A stretch of 64,000 nucleotides of DNA from Octopus sinensis (taxonomy: Eukaryota). Shown here piece by piece: positions 23,898 to 37,441 of the stretch. How positions within the stretch are numbered: position 1 is the first letter of the stretch; the number at the start of each line of letters is the position of its first letter. The position numbers and the translations under genes are program-made. The notes beneath the pieces were generated by a model. That model saw only the letters and a program-made list of their open reading frames with translations, was not told the DNA's origin and made no database searches. The DNA is taken from contig NC_043006.1 of NCBI RefSeq assembly GCF_006345805.1, positions 45,446,001 to 45,510,000 of the forward strand, written 5' to 3'.

Positions 23898-25207
23898 TAT
23901 ATATATATTTATACACATATACATTTATATATATTAAAAATTTTGGGCTTCTGTGACTGACAAATTTCATGGAATAATGTGAAATTCAAAGCAACGTTAC
24001 ATAATTCTAAATAGTGCCATCATTTCTAGCACAGAATTTGTAGTAGTAGGAAATGAATTTAATCTTTTCCTTGATGTTGGTGTCAAATAACCAGAACAGA
24101 AGTATAGTGAAGAATATGTTAGTTATCTTACTGCAAATGCTCTCTACAACTTTGGTTAGTAGTATAATTGCCTAATTTTCATTTGCAAAATTGTTTTATG
24201 TCTGTTTATTATTGCAGAAGAGATAATTGCTTCAAATTGTTGGATCCAATTCTTCATAATTTGTTTCCTAAAACACAAACAGATAACATAGTAATTTGAT
24301 TGAGGATAGGCCTCCAATATGTGTGGCACATGCCTGAAGGTCTAGTTAGCTGTTTAGACCTATTTCCAGCAGCAGTTCATTTCGTTTCTAGCTTGAAAAA
24401 GATGACATTCTACTCACATTCTAAAAGCTGTTGAAATGATTTAAGTTATGTTGAAGAGATCTATGAATTTTTTTGAGCTTTAAGTGTAGTTTTTTTACTT
24501 TTTATTTTTTACTGAAAATTAAAAGTGGAAAATTGTGACACAAACTCCTACTTTGCACTTGTTGAATATATAATATAAATCTTCAATCTAGATTGTGGTT
24601 GGGTATTAAAGGCACCAAGTGTTGCTTGTTAGCAATAAAAATGTATGATAAGAATGGTTGATAAGAATTGAATGAAGAAGTGTCACGAGCAGGCAATAGA
24701 TAGTTAAGAGAAAGAAAGAGAGACGCCAAGTTATAGATAAATCCTATTGCTTTAGTGAAATAATCAGTGCCCTATTGGTTTCTGTGCAAAAAGCAGACTG
24801 GCTTGTGATTATATATGACTTGTGTATATCTTCCTACTACATGGCATTGGAAGTGGACATAATTTTGTTGGCTGACAAATGAATTTTATAAATATACTTT
24901 GCTCAGGTGTTTCGAGAAGATGGTTGTTATCTATAGGTAATCAGAAAAGCCACTTGATTGCTATACAATGTGTAAAATTAATTAAATAATTGCTGTGAGT
25001 TATTAATACTTAAATGAAATTAGAAATAGACTGAAGAATATGGAATGAAATACTTGAGTGACCTAAATGTGTTTATGCTAATCACAAGAACCAACTGTCA
25101 TTTGCAAAGTGACTACGTTAACCACTGTGAATCAGCTGTTAAGAGGCAACATCTCCAGGCAATCCTGTTCATGGATAGATGCTTCATATTTTCATGATAT
25201 TAATCTC

Positions 25208-25428
25208 TTTTTTTTACTCTTTTACTTGTTTCAGTCGTTTGACTGTGGCCATGCTGGAGCACCACCTTTTGTCGAGCAAATCGACCCCAGGACTTATTCT
25301 TTGTAAGCCTAGTACTTATTCTATCGGTCTCTTTTGATGAACTGCTAAGTTACAGGGACGTAAACACACCAGCATCGGTTGTCAAGCGATGTCGGGGGGG
25401 GGGACAAACACAGACACACAAACATATG

Positions 25429-25462
<34 letters not shown>

Positions 25463-25633
25463 CATATATATGACAGGCTTCTTTCAGTTTCCGTCTACCA
25501 AATCCACTCACAAGGCTTTGGTCAGCCCAAGGCTATAGTAGAAGACACTTGCCCAAGGTGCCACGCAGTGGGACTGAACCCAGAACCATGTGGTTGGTAA
25601 GCAAGCTACTTACCACACAGCCACTCCTACGTC
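25208..25633 (-). mobile_element. SINE-A
   Basis: Reverse complement of the family consensus. Confidence 0.92.
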
Positions 25634-26888
25634 TATAATGTTAATGTTAATGTCCTGAAAATGTATGTCTTCATTCTATGTTTGGGGCAAGTTTGGCTCT
25701 TTCTGTACTTGTACTGTTCTGCAGAAATAATAATAATAAATAAATGCACCCTTTTAAAGCCTAGCCAGGCTCATGGGCCCGGTTTCCTGGTTTCTATGGC
25801 ATATGTGTTCACAGTGTTACTCATTTTTGCCAGTCAAGTGGATTGGAGCAACGTGAAATGAAGTGTTTTGCTCAAGAACACAACGCGTCGCCGAGTCCAG
25901 GAATTGAAACCACAATCTTACGATCATGATGCCGATACCCTAACCACTAAGCCACGTGCTTCCATGTTCTACAGAAAACCAGACCAGAAGAATAATCTAT
26001 TTTCACGAAATATATAATTGCAATTATGAGACTCAAATTAAAGGCATTTCTGTTTTTTTTCTTCATTTTGATAACTGGTAGGGTGGAACAATTTAAAAAT
26101 TACAATTGATATTGCTGTCAAGTTAGTCTGTTGTTTCGTGTTGTTTTGTTAGGCATAGGCTTGGCTGTTGTGCATACAGAATTTGCTTCATACTTAACCA
26201 TATGGTTTCAGGTTCTACTCTTCTGCATGAAACTTTGGACTAGTATTTTTGTCTTCTGCTGTAGACTCCTGGCTGACCAATGTCCTGAATGGAAGATTGT
26301 CATATATGTTTACACACACACACACACACGCATTTTAGTGAGTCTGTTTACATTCCATATGACATTGCTTGACAATTTATAAGCAAAACGATGTCGTTTT
26401 CACATCAAGGAACAATACTTGTTCTTGTGTGTGAGAAAGAGAGACGACACACACACACACACGCATACACACACACACACATACACACACACACACACAC
26501 GATGAACTTCCAGCTCTTTGTGTTTTGAGTTCAAATCCTACCAAGGTTCCCCTTTGCCTTTCATACTTTCGAGATTGATAAAACAAGGTACTTGTCAAAT
26601 TCTGGGAATGATGGTATTAACTAACCCTTTTTTCTCAAGATTGCTGGCCTTATATCTAAATTAGAAACAATTATTATTATTATTATTGATTAGCAAAATT
26701 AGAGAAGAGAGTCAGACAAATCTGTTGCAGTTTTAGCTATGTTTCTTTACATTATGTTTGAATCACATCTCATGGTTGACTTTGTCTTGTGGTTCATCCT
26801 TCCAAATCAAGTTCCATTTCAGTATTGCAGTTGAGTTATTTTGGTGTACTCTTCTGAAAAATTTCTTTGTTTTTGTGTTTATGTTAGA

Positions 26889-27260
26889 CTAGCAGTATCG
26901 CCCGGCGTTGCTCAGGTTTGTAAGGGAAATAACTATAAAGCATTTTTAGAGAGTTATAGCCAAAAAATAGCAAAAAAATGATGGTAATTTTTTTTTTGAG
27001 TTAAAAAAGGTGGAGTTGCGTCCCCTAGACGGTCTGTGGTTTGGGTTTCTGATTCTCGACCCCATGTCGAATTTATCGATTTTTTTCAGAACTGGGGGAA
27101 CTTTTCAAAATTTTCGCTGCGTTAGTTTTGAATTATGACATTGGGCTATGTGTGTGTCAAGTTTCATCAGAATCGGTTGAAAGCCGTGGTCAGAGTGAGG
27201 GTACGAGAAAACAGACACACAGAAAACGCACAGACAAACTGCCGTTTATATATAGAGAGA
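26889..27260 (-). mobile_element. Non-autonomous Helitron (372 bp)
   Basis: On the minus strand: 5'-TC, a subterminal GC hairpin (+ strand cccggcgttgctcagg) ~12 nt from the CTAG-3' end, inserted between A and T, no TSD. Confidence 0.85.
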
Positions 27261-28145
27261 TATAAAAAATTGGTAGAATTAGTAAAATGGCAAACAAAAT
27301 ACATTGTAGTATTTATCTTTTATTTTTTACCTGTTTCAGTCACTAGACTGTGGTCATACTGATGCACTGCCTTGAAAATGTTTTAGTCGAATGAATTGAT
27401 TCCGATACATCTGTTTTTAACCTTGGTACTTATTCTGTCAGACTTTTGCTGCACCACTAAGTTTTAGGGACATAAACACACCAACATTGGTTCAATCAAT
27501 GCTGGGGGACAAATACAGACACAAAGACACACACACATACATAATGGGTTTCTATAAGTTCTCATCTACCAAATCTTCGTACAAGGCTTTGGACAGTTCA
27601 ATGCCCTGGTAGAACACATTTAGCCAAGGTGCCCTATGGTGGGACTGAACCTAGAACCATGTTGTTGGGAACCGAACGTCTTAGCATACAGCCATACCTG
27701 CATTTGTATCTTTACATTCTGAGATCAAACTCCTTTAGTGTCAGTTATCTTTCATCCTTCAACAGTCAATAAAATAAGAGCCAACCAAGCATTGGGATTG
27801 AGTTGTTTGACTGTTCCCTCTCTCTAAAATTTTTGGCCTTCTTCCCATGTTAGAAATCATTAATATCATTTGGACTAAATGCCTTGTGGTATTTAGTTAT
27901 GTCTCTTTGAATTCTGCCAAAGTTGACTTTGCCATTAATTCTTTTGGCATTCTTAAAATAAATCCCAGTCGAGTATTGGAATCGATATAATCATTCCTCT
28001 AAAGCATCCTATATTTGAATTGAAGACTGTCTCCTCCCCCAAATTTTTGGCCTTATGCCTAGTGTGTACCAGAAATAGTAGGGAGCCTGAAAAAATGTGA
28101 GTACATGAAATTATGAACAGATCCAGCATGACAAAATAATTTACT

Positions 28146-28545
28146 GTATATCCTTTTCTACTCTAGGCACAAGGCCCAAAATTTTTGGGGAGGGGGCCAG
28201 TTGATTAAAACAACCCCAGTACACAACTGGTACTTAATTTATCAACCCCGAAAGGATGAAAGGCAAAGTCGACCTCGGCGGAATTTGAAATCAGAACATA
28301 AAGACAGATGAAATACCTATTTCTTTACTACCCACAAGGGGCTAAACACAGAGAGGACAAACAAGGACAGACAAATGGATTAAGTCGATTATATCGACCC
28401 CAGTGCGTAACTGGTACTTATTTAATCAAACCCAAAAGGATGAAAGGCAAAGTCGACCTCGATGGAATTTGAACTCAGAACGTAGCGGCAGACGAAATAC
28501 CGCTAAGCATTTCGCCCGGTGTACTAACATTTCTGCCATCTCGCA
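28146..28545 (-). mobile_element. SINE-B dimer (two different tail types)
   Basis: Same internal junction (aatacctatttctttactaccc) as the dimers at 6145 and 57532. Confidence 0.85.
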
Positions 28546-29277
28546 GATATAATTACTGTATATCATGGGATATAAAATGCATTCTTTGCTCCCTAAAATG
28601 TCCCCCTTCCCCCGTCCCAAATTACCTCAGGTCGTATATGTGAAGTTGTTTTAAATATTACGTACTTTAATGCACTAAAAGCTTTTTTTACCTGAATATG
28701 TACTACTGAAATTGGGGGTACATCTAATATGCCTGTGCATCTTTTATGCCATCAAATATGGTAAGTTCAATTCACGATCACAAGGCTCTGGGGCTTGAGC
28801 CTACATTGTGGTATCTTAGAAAGTGTCTTTAATGGTAACCTTGGATCAACTAAAGTGTTATGAATAAAATTGGGTAGACAAACTGTGGAAGGCTGTCAAA
28901 ATAGATTCTGCCTGTAATTCAAAGCTCCAGCCTTGTCTCTGTTTGTCTCTTCTTCTCACACATACACAGTGTTATGCCAATTCTGCTTCCTGAGGTTTAT
29001 TTTATGGTTAGCTGTGTCTATAGAATACTCAGCTATGTTATATACTAATTTATTGAGCAGTAATTCAGTTGATCAATTAGCTGAATGCTTTTTACCAAAA
29101 CTAGCAGAGAATCATTTTCTCTAGTTTCATGAATGAATTCAAATCTTCTCAGTGTCAACTTAGATTTTCATAAATCTGGACTCAGTTGGACAAGCACCAG
29201 TCATGTAATAAGATCAGTTGAATCAACTGTATATATGCTGCACCACCAAATAATGACTGTGTGTATCGTCATCATTC

Positions 29278-29570
29278 ATCATCATCATCGTTTAACGTCC
29301 GCTTTCCATGCTTTCCATGGGTTGGACGGTTCAACCGGGGTCTGGGAAGCCAGAAGGCTGCACCAGGCCCAGTCTGATCTGGCAGTGTTTCTGCAGCTGG
29401 ATGCCCTTCCTAACGTCAACCACTCCATGAGTGTAGTGGGTGCTTTTTACGTGCCAGACGAGACTGGCAAATGGCCACGATCGTATGGTGCTTTTTACGT
29501 GCTACTGGCATGGAGACCAGACAAGGCTGGCAACAGCCACGATCGGATGGTGCTTTTTACGTGCCACCGG
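29278..29570 (-). mobile_element. RTE LINE 3' UTR fragment
   Basis: (CAT)n-gtttaacgtcc...gatgcccttcctaac block, identical in type to the UTR attached to RT sequence at 32056-32938 and 49715-50670. Further copies at ~29650-29945(-), ~31045-31450(-), ~36040-36225(-), ~43655-43870(-), ~48170-48556(+), ~61975-62185(+). Confidence 0.85.
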
Positions 29571-29942
29571 TATATAAATCATAAATCTAGTTTGCTTTAA
29601 AGAAATGTGGTAGGGGATGAGAGGGTGGGGGTGGGGGGCGAGAAGTAACATCATCATCATCATCATCATTTAACGTCTGTTGTCCATTCTGGCATGGGTT
29701 GGACGGTTTGACTGGGCTGGCATGCTGGAAAGCTGTGCCAAGCTCCAGTCTGATTTGGCATGGTTTCTATGGCTGGATGTCCTTTCTAACGCCAACCACT
29801 CCAAGAGTGTAATGGGTGTTCTTACATGCCACCGGCACGGGTGCCATTTGTGTGACATCGGTATCTGCCATGATGGCAATTTTGCTCAGCCTGATGGGTC
29901 TTCTTCTCAAGCATGACATAATGCCCAAAGTTCTTGGTCATT

Positions 29943-30182
29943 GCCTCCGTAAGGCCCAGCACTCGAAAGGAACTCAGCCACTTTGGCCCCATGAGGCCCA
30001 GTGCTTGAAAGGAACTCAGCCACCTTGCCTCTGTGAGGCCCAACACTTGAAAGGAACTCAGCCACTTAAGGCCCAACACTCAAAAGGAACTCAGCCACTT
30101 GCCTCCATGGCGCCCAATGCTTGAAAGGAACTCAGCCACTTGCTTCCATGAGGCCCAACACTCGAAAGGAACTCAGCCACTT
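29943..30182. repeat. ~39-bp minisatellite, 6-7 units
   Basis: Unit ~gcctccgtgaggcccaacactcgaaaggaactcagccactt. Confidence 0.9.
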
Positions 30183-30294
30183 TTCCTCCATGTCATATGG
30201 CTAAAATCTAGATTATGGTCCCTTGTAAGAAGTAACTCTCTCAGCAAGACATGCCAAATGCTTGATAGTAAAGAGATTTCAGAAATTGTAAACC

Positions 30295-30745
30295 ATTGAA
30301 ATACCGGTTTCAAATTTTGGCACAAGGCCAGCAATTTCGGGGGAGGAAGTGAGTCAGTTACATCAACTCCAGTGTTCAAATGTTCTTTTTTATTATATTT
30401 ACCCTGAAAAGATGAAAGGCAAAGTTGACCTGGGCGAAATTTGAACTCAAGCATAAAGACGGATGAAATGCTTCTAAGCATTTCACCTAGAGTGCTAACG
30501 ATTCTTCCAGCTTGTCACCTTAGGATATACATTGATAATGATTTCAAATTTTGGCACAAAGCCAGAAATTTTGGGGAATGGGTTTAGTCAATTTCATGAA
30601 CCCTAGTGTTCAACTGATACTTATTTTATTGACCCTGAAAAAATGAAAGTCAAAGTTGACCCGGGCTAATTTGAACAATGGACAAAATGCCACCTAGTAT
30701 TTTGCCTGGTGTGCTAATGATTCTGGCCAGCTTGCTACCCTTAAA
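30295..30745 (-). mobile_element. Two adjacent old SINE-B copies
   Basis: Each has gatgaaaggcaaagttgacc...tttgaac and a head, CpG-decayed. Confidence 0.75.
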
Positions 30746-32055
30746 CCATTGAAATATTAAAATGCATACTTTTGAGACTATAGACTCAACAGTCTTGACT
30801 GACTGAACTGGAAGAATGCATATACACATCTGTTGAAGGTGGCTGCAGATGTCTCTTGAATTTATATTATATAATCTCTTAATCAACAATTCTATTGCTT
30901 AAAGTTAAAATTAAAATTATACTCCCTCCTAAAACATAACTCTATCACTTAAAATTAAAAATGAAATTCATTTGTACACCTGATTACTTCAAGTTAAGAT
31001 TATAGTTCCCCCTTCATAAACAATTGCATTGTCTGTCAAACAAAAATAACTTATCATCATCATCATCATCGTTTAACGTCCGCTTTCCATGCTGGCATGG
31101 GTTGGACGGTTCAACTGGGGTCTGGGAAGCCAGAAGGCTGCACCAAGCCCAGTCTGATCTGGCAGTGTTTCTACAGCTGGATGCCCTTCCTAACGCCAAC
31201 CACTCCATGAGTGTAGTGGGTGCTTTTTATGTGCCACTGGCACAGGTGCCAGACGAGGCTGGCAAACGGCCACGATCGGATGGTGCTTTTTACGTGCCAC
31301 CGGCACGGGGACCAGACGAAGCTGGCAACGGCCATGGTCGGATGGTGCTTTTTACGTGCCACCGGCACGGATGCCAGTCGGGCGGCGCTGGCAACGGCCA
31401 CGTTCAGATGGTTCTCTTACGTGCCTCCAGCACTGGTATCTCAGCTACAAATTCCATTGATGTTGACAATTGTAGTTGTCTCCCCCTTATGTTGCTTGAC
31501 GTATGCCGTTTGTCTACATCCACATTCTATAAAATAAGTCCCAAAGTGCTGGGGTTGATGTAAATGACTAAAACTCTTGAAGACAGGGAGGTGCTCTGCT
31601 ATATCTTCAGTCCAATAGCAAATCAGCAAAAGTATATCAGATCTATGTTTAGGCGGATAATTAACTATTTCACAAGTCGTTGTGTGTGCAAGTATATGAG
31701 ATGGTAGTTGTATGTAGTTAGGACTACCATGTAGTCTTAAGAAGCTACATGTATGTAGTTAAGAAGCTGACTTCCCAAGACAACTATGTCTTGGATCCAG
31801 TCTCACCGTGCGGCACCTTGGGCAAGCATCTACTACAAACCCAGGCTGACCTAAGTCTTGTGAATGGATTTGGTAGATGGAAACTGAAATAAACCTGTTG
31901 TGTATGTGTGTATTATATAGATTATATAATATATATATTTATTGTATAAATTATATATGCTTCAAGCAGGAAACCTTGGGTAGCTTGTGGACCTGTGGTT
32001 TTTATTATAACATTATGTATGTATTATATGTGTGTGTGTGTATGTATATCAGCCC

Positions 32056-32938
32056 TCAGCCCCCTCTTATTTGTCATAGTCCTCTAGGCAATAACAGAGG
32101 AATTCAAGACAGGTTGCCCCTAGGAACTCCTCTATGCTGATGACCTTGCCGTCATAGCAGAATCACTACCAGAACTAGAGAAGAAACTTCAAGTGTTGAA
32201 GCAAGGTTTAGAATCGAAGGACCTTGCAGTCAATGTTGCAAAGACCATAGTTCTAGTAAGTAGGAAGGCGAACACATCACACACCCCTTTAGGTAGGTGG
32301 CCCTGCTCGATCTGTAGGAAAGGTGTAGGTAGAAACTCCATAAGATGTACCCAGTGTAAGCTATGGACACATAAGAGGTGCAGCAACATCAAAGGAAGAT
32401 TAACCAGGAAGATCGCTTTCACGTGCAGCAGATGCACAGGGGCAATAAACACCACAGATGCTCAGAAAACAGACTCCATCACATGCCAGGGGGAGAAACT
32501 AGAAGTAGTTGATAGCTTCCGCTACCTAGGTGATCAAGTATGTAGTAGGGGTGAATGCTCAGAGAATGTTACCACTAGAATAAGAATAGCCTGGGCAAAG
32601 TTCAGAAAGCTTCTACCCCTACTGGTGACAAAGGGCCTCTCACTCAGAGTGAACGGTAGACTGGCTTTGACTGGCTTCCGTGCCAGTGGCATGTAAAAAG
32701 CACCATCTGATCATGGTCGATGCCAGCTCCTCTGGCCCCTGTGCCGGTGGCACGTAAAAAGTATCCACTACACTCTTGGAGTGTTTGGCGTTAGGAAGGG
32801 CATCAAGTTGTAGAAACACTGCCAGATCAAGTTGGGGCCTGGTGCAGCCTCCTGGTTTCCCAGACCCCAGTTGAACCGTCCAACCCATGCCAGCATGGAA
32901 GATGGACGTTAAATGATGATGATGATAATGATGATGAT
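32056..32938 (+). mobile_element. RTE LINE fragment: RT core with PHD-like insertion, fused by internal deletion to its 3' UTR
   Basis: SPLLFVIVL, ELLYADDL, CSICRKGVGRNSIRCTQCKLWTHKRCS...CSRC, FRYLGD, RIRIAWAKF. Jumps at ~32660 to UTR repeats and a (GAT)n tail. Confidence 0.9.
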
Positions 32939-33675
32939 ATATATATATATATATAATATATATATATATATTATATATATATATATATATAGACAGATAG
33001 ACAGATGTGTGAGTATGTTTGTGGCTTCTTGTCTTGACACTGTGAGTGTTGTAAACATCACTTGTTTCCAATATTCTGCAAAATCCTGTCTAGCTATGGG
33101 GAAAGATTACCTTGCTTGGAAGAAACAGAAACAGATAAGGGTTTACGGCTGGTAACACGTATAACCATAGAAAATCTGCATGGAAAAGTTGACTTTGAAA
33201 AAATGATAATGATGATGAATGCAACATATGTTACTTGGAACTTTTATATTACTTGGAATGGTGAACTTAAAAGCAGCTGGGTATGTAGATTTAATGGAGT
33301 CAATCAATTACAAGAATCAAAGAAAAAGATGGTGAGAGTTTTTAGTAGTTTAAAAGATACTTGCATTTGACACTCTGTTTTTGATAATTCTTCTTCATTA
33401 CTCGATGCAGCAATAGAAAAAAAATTGGAAAGGAAGTGAGCCAATTCCAAATGTTTGGATTGATTCCATCCATGCAGTAAAGACTTGTTAAAATATTGGT
33501 GAAAGATAAAGAGATAATGTGAGGAAAAGAGCCATCATAAAGTGTTTATTCTGCTTTGTGTGACTGTATGTGTTTATGTACAGGGTGTCCATAAATTACC
33601 TTTACAATTTAAAGAATTCCAAAAAAAAAAAAAATGATAAATAAAGAAAACTCAGCAGAGTTTAGTGGAAAACAT

Positions 33676-34042
33676 ATGCAGGCATGGCTGTATGGTAGGA
33701 AGCTTGCTATCCAACCACATGATTCTCAGTTCAGTCCCATGACATGGTATCTTGGGTGTCTTCTACTATAGCCTTTAGCTAGCCAAAACCTTGTGACTTG
33801 ATTTGCTGTATGGAAACTGAAAGAAGTCTGATATATTTATATATGTATATATATTATATATATATATATATTATGTGTCCCCCTCCCCGTTGGTGTTTTT
33901 ACACCCCCATAACTTAGCAGTTTGGCAAAATAGACCAATAGATTAAATACTAGGCTTACAAAGAATAAGTCCTGGAGGCGATTTGTTTGACTAAAGGTGG
34001 TGCTCCAGCATGGCTGCAGTCAAATGACTGAAACAAGTAAAA
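33676..34042 (+). mobile_element. SINE-A, CpG-decayed
   Basis: Family match. Confidence 0.85.
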
Positions 34043-34069
34043 TCTATATATACACACACATGTATGTTT

Positions 34070-34109
<40 letters not shown>

Positions 34110-35237
34110 GCACACACATGTATATGCATGATGTTGCACTTTAAAGTGGTTCTATGGGATTAAATCATACTTTGTTGATGTTGAGATTTTAATTTGTTCA
34201 TCCTATTCTGTGTCTGAGATGCTGTTGTTGTTGCTAACGCTGCTAATGAAGCAAGACTGAAATGTTATGAAAACATGCAGATTCATTTACGGCAACCACA
34301 AAACCTCCAATAGATTTTAGGATTTTCTTTTTCTTTTTATTATTTTTTCATTCATTAATTTTTTTTTTTTCCTTTTCATCTCAAGGATAGATTTTTTATT
34401 TATTATAAATTGAATAAGTAAAGAAAAAAAATGATAATAATAATACCAAAAAAAAAGGATATTGTAAAGCTGAAATTGGCACAGATTAAGCGATATAGAC
34501 TCTTTAGTATATAGTTGCATTCAGAGATAATAGCAAAACCAGGATAATCCCTGAAACCAGTTGCAGACAGAAAACAGTTGAACAACTAATTACTGCGTAG
34601 ACAACAGTTAAGAGAAGAAAATTATAATTTCTACTTTATGTTTCCAGCTGCTACCATTATTTAGCAGGCATGTGTATTGTTTAGTTGGAGTCGTGTCTTT
34701 GTTTTATGTAGCCATGGTAGTACTGCTTCCGATTTTACTGTATTTCCTTAGACATTTGATGTTCATGAGACTCAGTAGAGAAGTCAATGCCAAAAAGATT
34801 TCGTCCAATCCGATTACATTTCAGTAGAAATGCCAATCTAAAAATTGTCTCCTTGCCAACTTTATAGTGTTTGGGAAAAGATGGTTGGTTTGTCTTTAAT
34901 AATACAAAGGGCTCAAAATGTTATTTATAGTTAAGTCTGTAGAAGTATTTATATATTCAAACATCACTGGAATTTTTGCAATGTTAGATTTCAATTTTAT
35001 ATACATTCTTTTTCTTTACTGAGAATTAGTCTTAGAGAGAATAATCAATAAGGCAATGAAATATTTCCTCTTTCTCTTTTTTTTTTTTTTGTTGTTGTTG
35101 TTATCTCTTTATATTTAAATATATTTCAAAGCTGTTTTTGATGCTGCTGCAGTTTAGATTATATTTCATTATAACTCATTTAGATTTACCATTCTTTTTG
35201 TGTAGGAATTTGAAATACTATTGGTTTTTCTTCCAAG

Positions 35238-35327
35238 AGTTTTATTCTGATGATATATTTGCGTTATCGACAAGTGGATGCTGTGTATTTTAAACCATTT
35301 TCTGAGGACTCTCCATGTATAAAGTTA
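35238..35327 (+). CDS. Candidate coding exon, SFILMIYLRYRQVDAVYFKPFSEDSPCIKL (DRAM/TMEM150-like)
   Basis: Acceptor tttttcttccaag, donor TTA|GTAAGT, exactly 30 open codons. IYLRYRQV resembles DRAM IYVRYKQV. Flanking DRAM exons not found. Confidence 0.35.
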
Positions 35328-36238
35328 GTAAGTGGAAGCCAGTGCGGTGCCTTCTCTGTATTGATGTAGAGAGTAAGGACAGACTTTTTAAATCTAATTA
35401 CTGCCTGATTATCTGCTTAACATCACATCAATAATCAAGATGATTATATATATATATATATATGTATATATTTCTATCATTGTGTGTAATAAATATATAT
35501 TACAAGCTCAATATTTCATATTATGTAATCTAAAAAATAAAAAGCAATTTTTAATTTTCATGATTTATACAATGGTTTTAAAATTTAGAAACTATTTTGG
35601 TTTATTCAAGTATTTATATAGATGTTTAAATCATTGATTGGAAAGCTTAGTTCAAATGCAGCCAAAATAACACACCCTATTCAGTTACATATCACATAAA
35701 CAATTTTCAGAGTTAGCTTATCATCATTGTGCATTTATATTTATGTTATTGGCACAGGCATGGCTGTGTGGTTAATTAAGAAGCCTGCTTCCTATCTTAC
35801 TATGTGGTCTTGGGTTCAGTCCCACTGTGTGATAGATTCATCAAGTGTCTTGTACTATAGCCCTGAGTCAATCAAAACCTTGTGTGTGGACTTGGTAGGT
35901 GGAAACTAGAAGAAGGCCATTATATATATTTATATATATATTTAAGGCAGACGTTAAAAGATGATGATGACGGTAATATATCATCATCATTGGTAATATA
36001 TCATCATCATCATCATCATTATCATCATTGGTAATATCTATCATCATCATCATCATCATCATCATCTGTTGTCCATGCTGGCATGGGTTGGACGGTTTGA
36101 CCAGAGCTGGCAAGCTGGGGAGCTGCACCAGGCCCCAGTCTGATTTGACATGGTTTCTATGGCTGGGTATCCTTCCTAACACCAACCACTTTACAGAGTG
36201 AGCTGGGTGCTTTAATTTGGCACTGCATGGCATACTAT

Positions 36239-36284
<46 letters not shown>

Positions 36285-36687
36285 TACACACATATATATA
36301 CATACACACATACATACATAAATATATGTATACACTCATATATATCTATATCTATACTCACATACATATATATACACACACAAATATATATGATATATAT
36401 TCATGGGTGCAGTCTAATGACTGAAAGGAGTAAAAGATGTGTGTGCATGCGTGCATGCATGAACTTGTGGCTAGACATGTAATGGTTGTAAATGACCATG
36501 GCAGTCATGCAATCAAGGCTGTCCATTTGTATTTTTACATTAAAAATATTTCTAGCATTGGGAAAATACTGCCCTGCTTGAAAACAGGTGGAGGAATTGA
36601 TGACAGGAAGAGCATCTTGTCGTAGAGAATCTGCATCATTAACTTCCATATGACCCCTGGAAGCATGGAAAACAATGATATTAAATA

Positions 36688-36905
36688 ATCTTTTCTACTC
36701 TAGGCACAAGGCCTGAAATATTTGGGGAGGGACCAGTTGATTAGATCAATCCCAGTATGCAACTGGTACTTAATTTATTGACCCTGAAAGGATAAAAGGC
36801 AAAGTTGATCTTGGTGGAATTTGAACTCAGAACATAAAGACAGGCAAAATACTGCCAAGTATTTCGCCTGGTGTGCTAACATTTCTGCCAGTTTGCTGCC
36901 TTGAT
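36688..36905 (-). mobile_element. SINE-B, CpG-decayed
   Basis: Family match. Confidence 0.8.
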
Positions 36906-37077
36906 GATATTAAATAGTGGTGACGACGATAGTGATGATGGTGATCATGACAATGATGATGGTGATGGTGATGATGATGATGATGGTAATGAGGATGGTT
37001 ACTTTTGTTCTAGTTTATATTGATTCTCTTAGTTTAGTGAAGCTTTTTTTCATGTTTTTTTGTTATTTTAGTCATTC

Positions 37078-37441
37078 TAGTGACCTCCTCCTTAGCGAAG
37101 GCAGAAGTATTGTTTTCAGTTGCGTTTGTTTTTTTGTTTGTCCATGTACAAGATATCTCAAGACATGCTGGATGGATTCAGATGAAACTTTCAGGGATGT
37201 TTGGCCTCGTGACTGGCACAAACTGATTAGATTTTGGGATCGATCCGGTACCGGACAAGGATTCTGGATTATTTTTCCTGTTTTTTTCCTTAATTTCTGA
37301 GAGCTGTTGGGTTCATTTTTTATCATTCTCGTTTGTAAAAACAGTTGAGGTTATTTCAGATATTCTCATTTTAAAAATTATCTCTGGCTAATCGTTGATA
37401 GGTCATTGGTGTTGCCTTGGCAGAGGTTTGCGCTCTCTAAG
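37078..37441 (+). mobile_element. Helentron/DINE-like non-autonomous element
   Basis: Subterminal inverted motifs gacctcctcc / ggcagaggtt, a TGTT-rich tract, gatgaaactttcagg, and a 3' gcgctct end, as in HINE elements. Confidence 0.65.

Noticed and set aside
29600-30124. Regularly spaced repeats suggestive of a CRISPR-like array
   Set aside because: Units are contiguous with no unique spacers, derive from RTE sequence, and lie in eukaryotic DNA with no cas genes.
34648-34827. 59-codon hydrophobic open frame after a good acceptor (LLPLFSRHVYCLVGVVSLFYVAM...)
   Set aside because: No convincing donor, and T-rich DNA yields hydrophobic peptides by chance.
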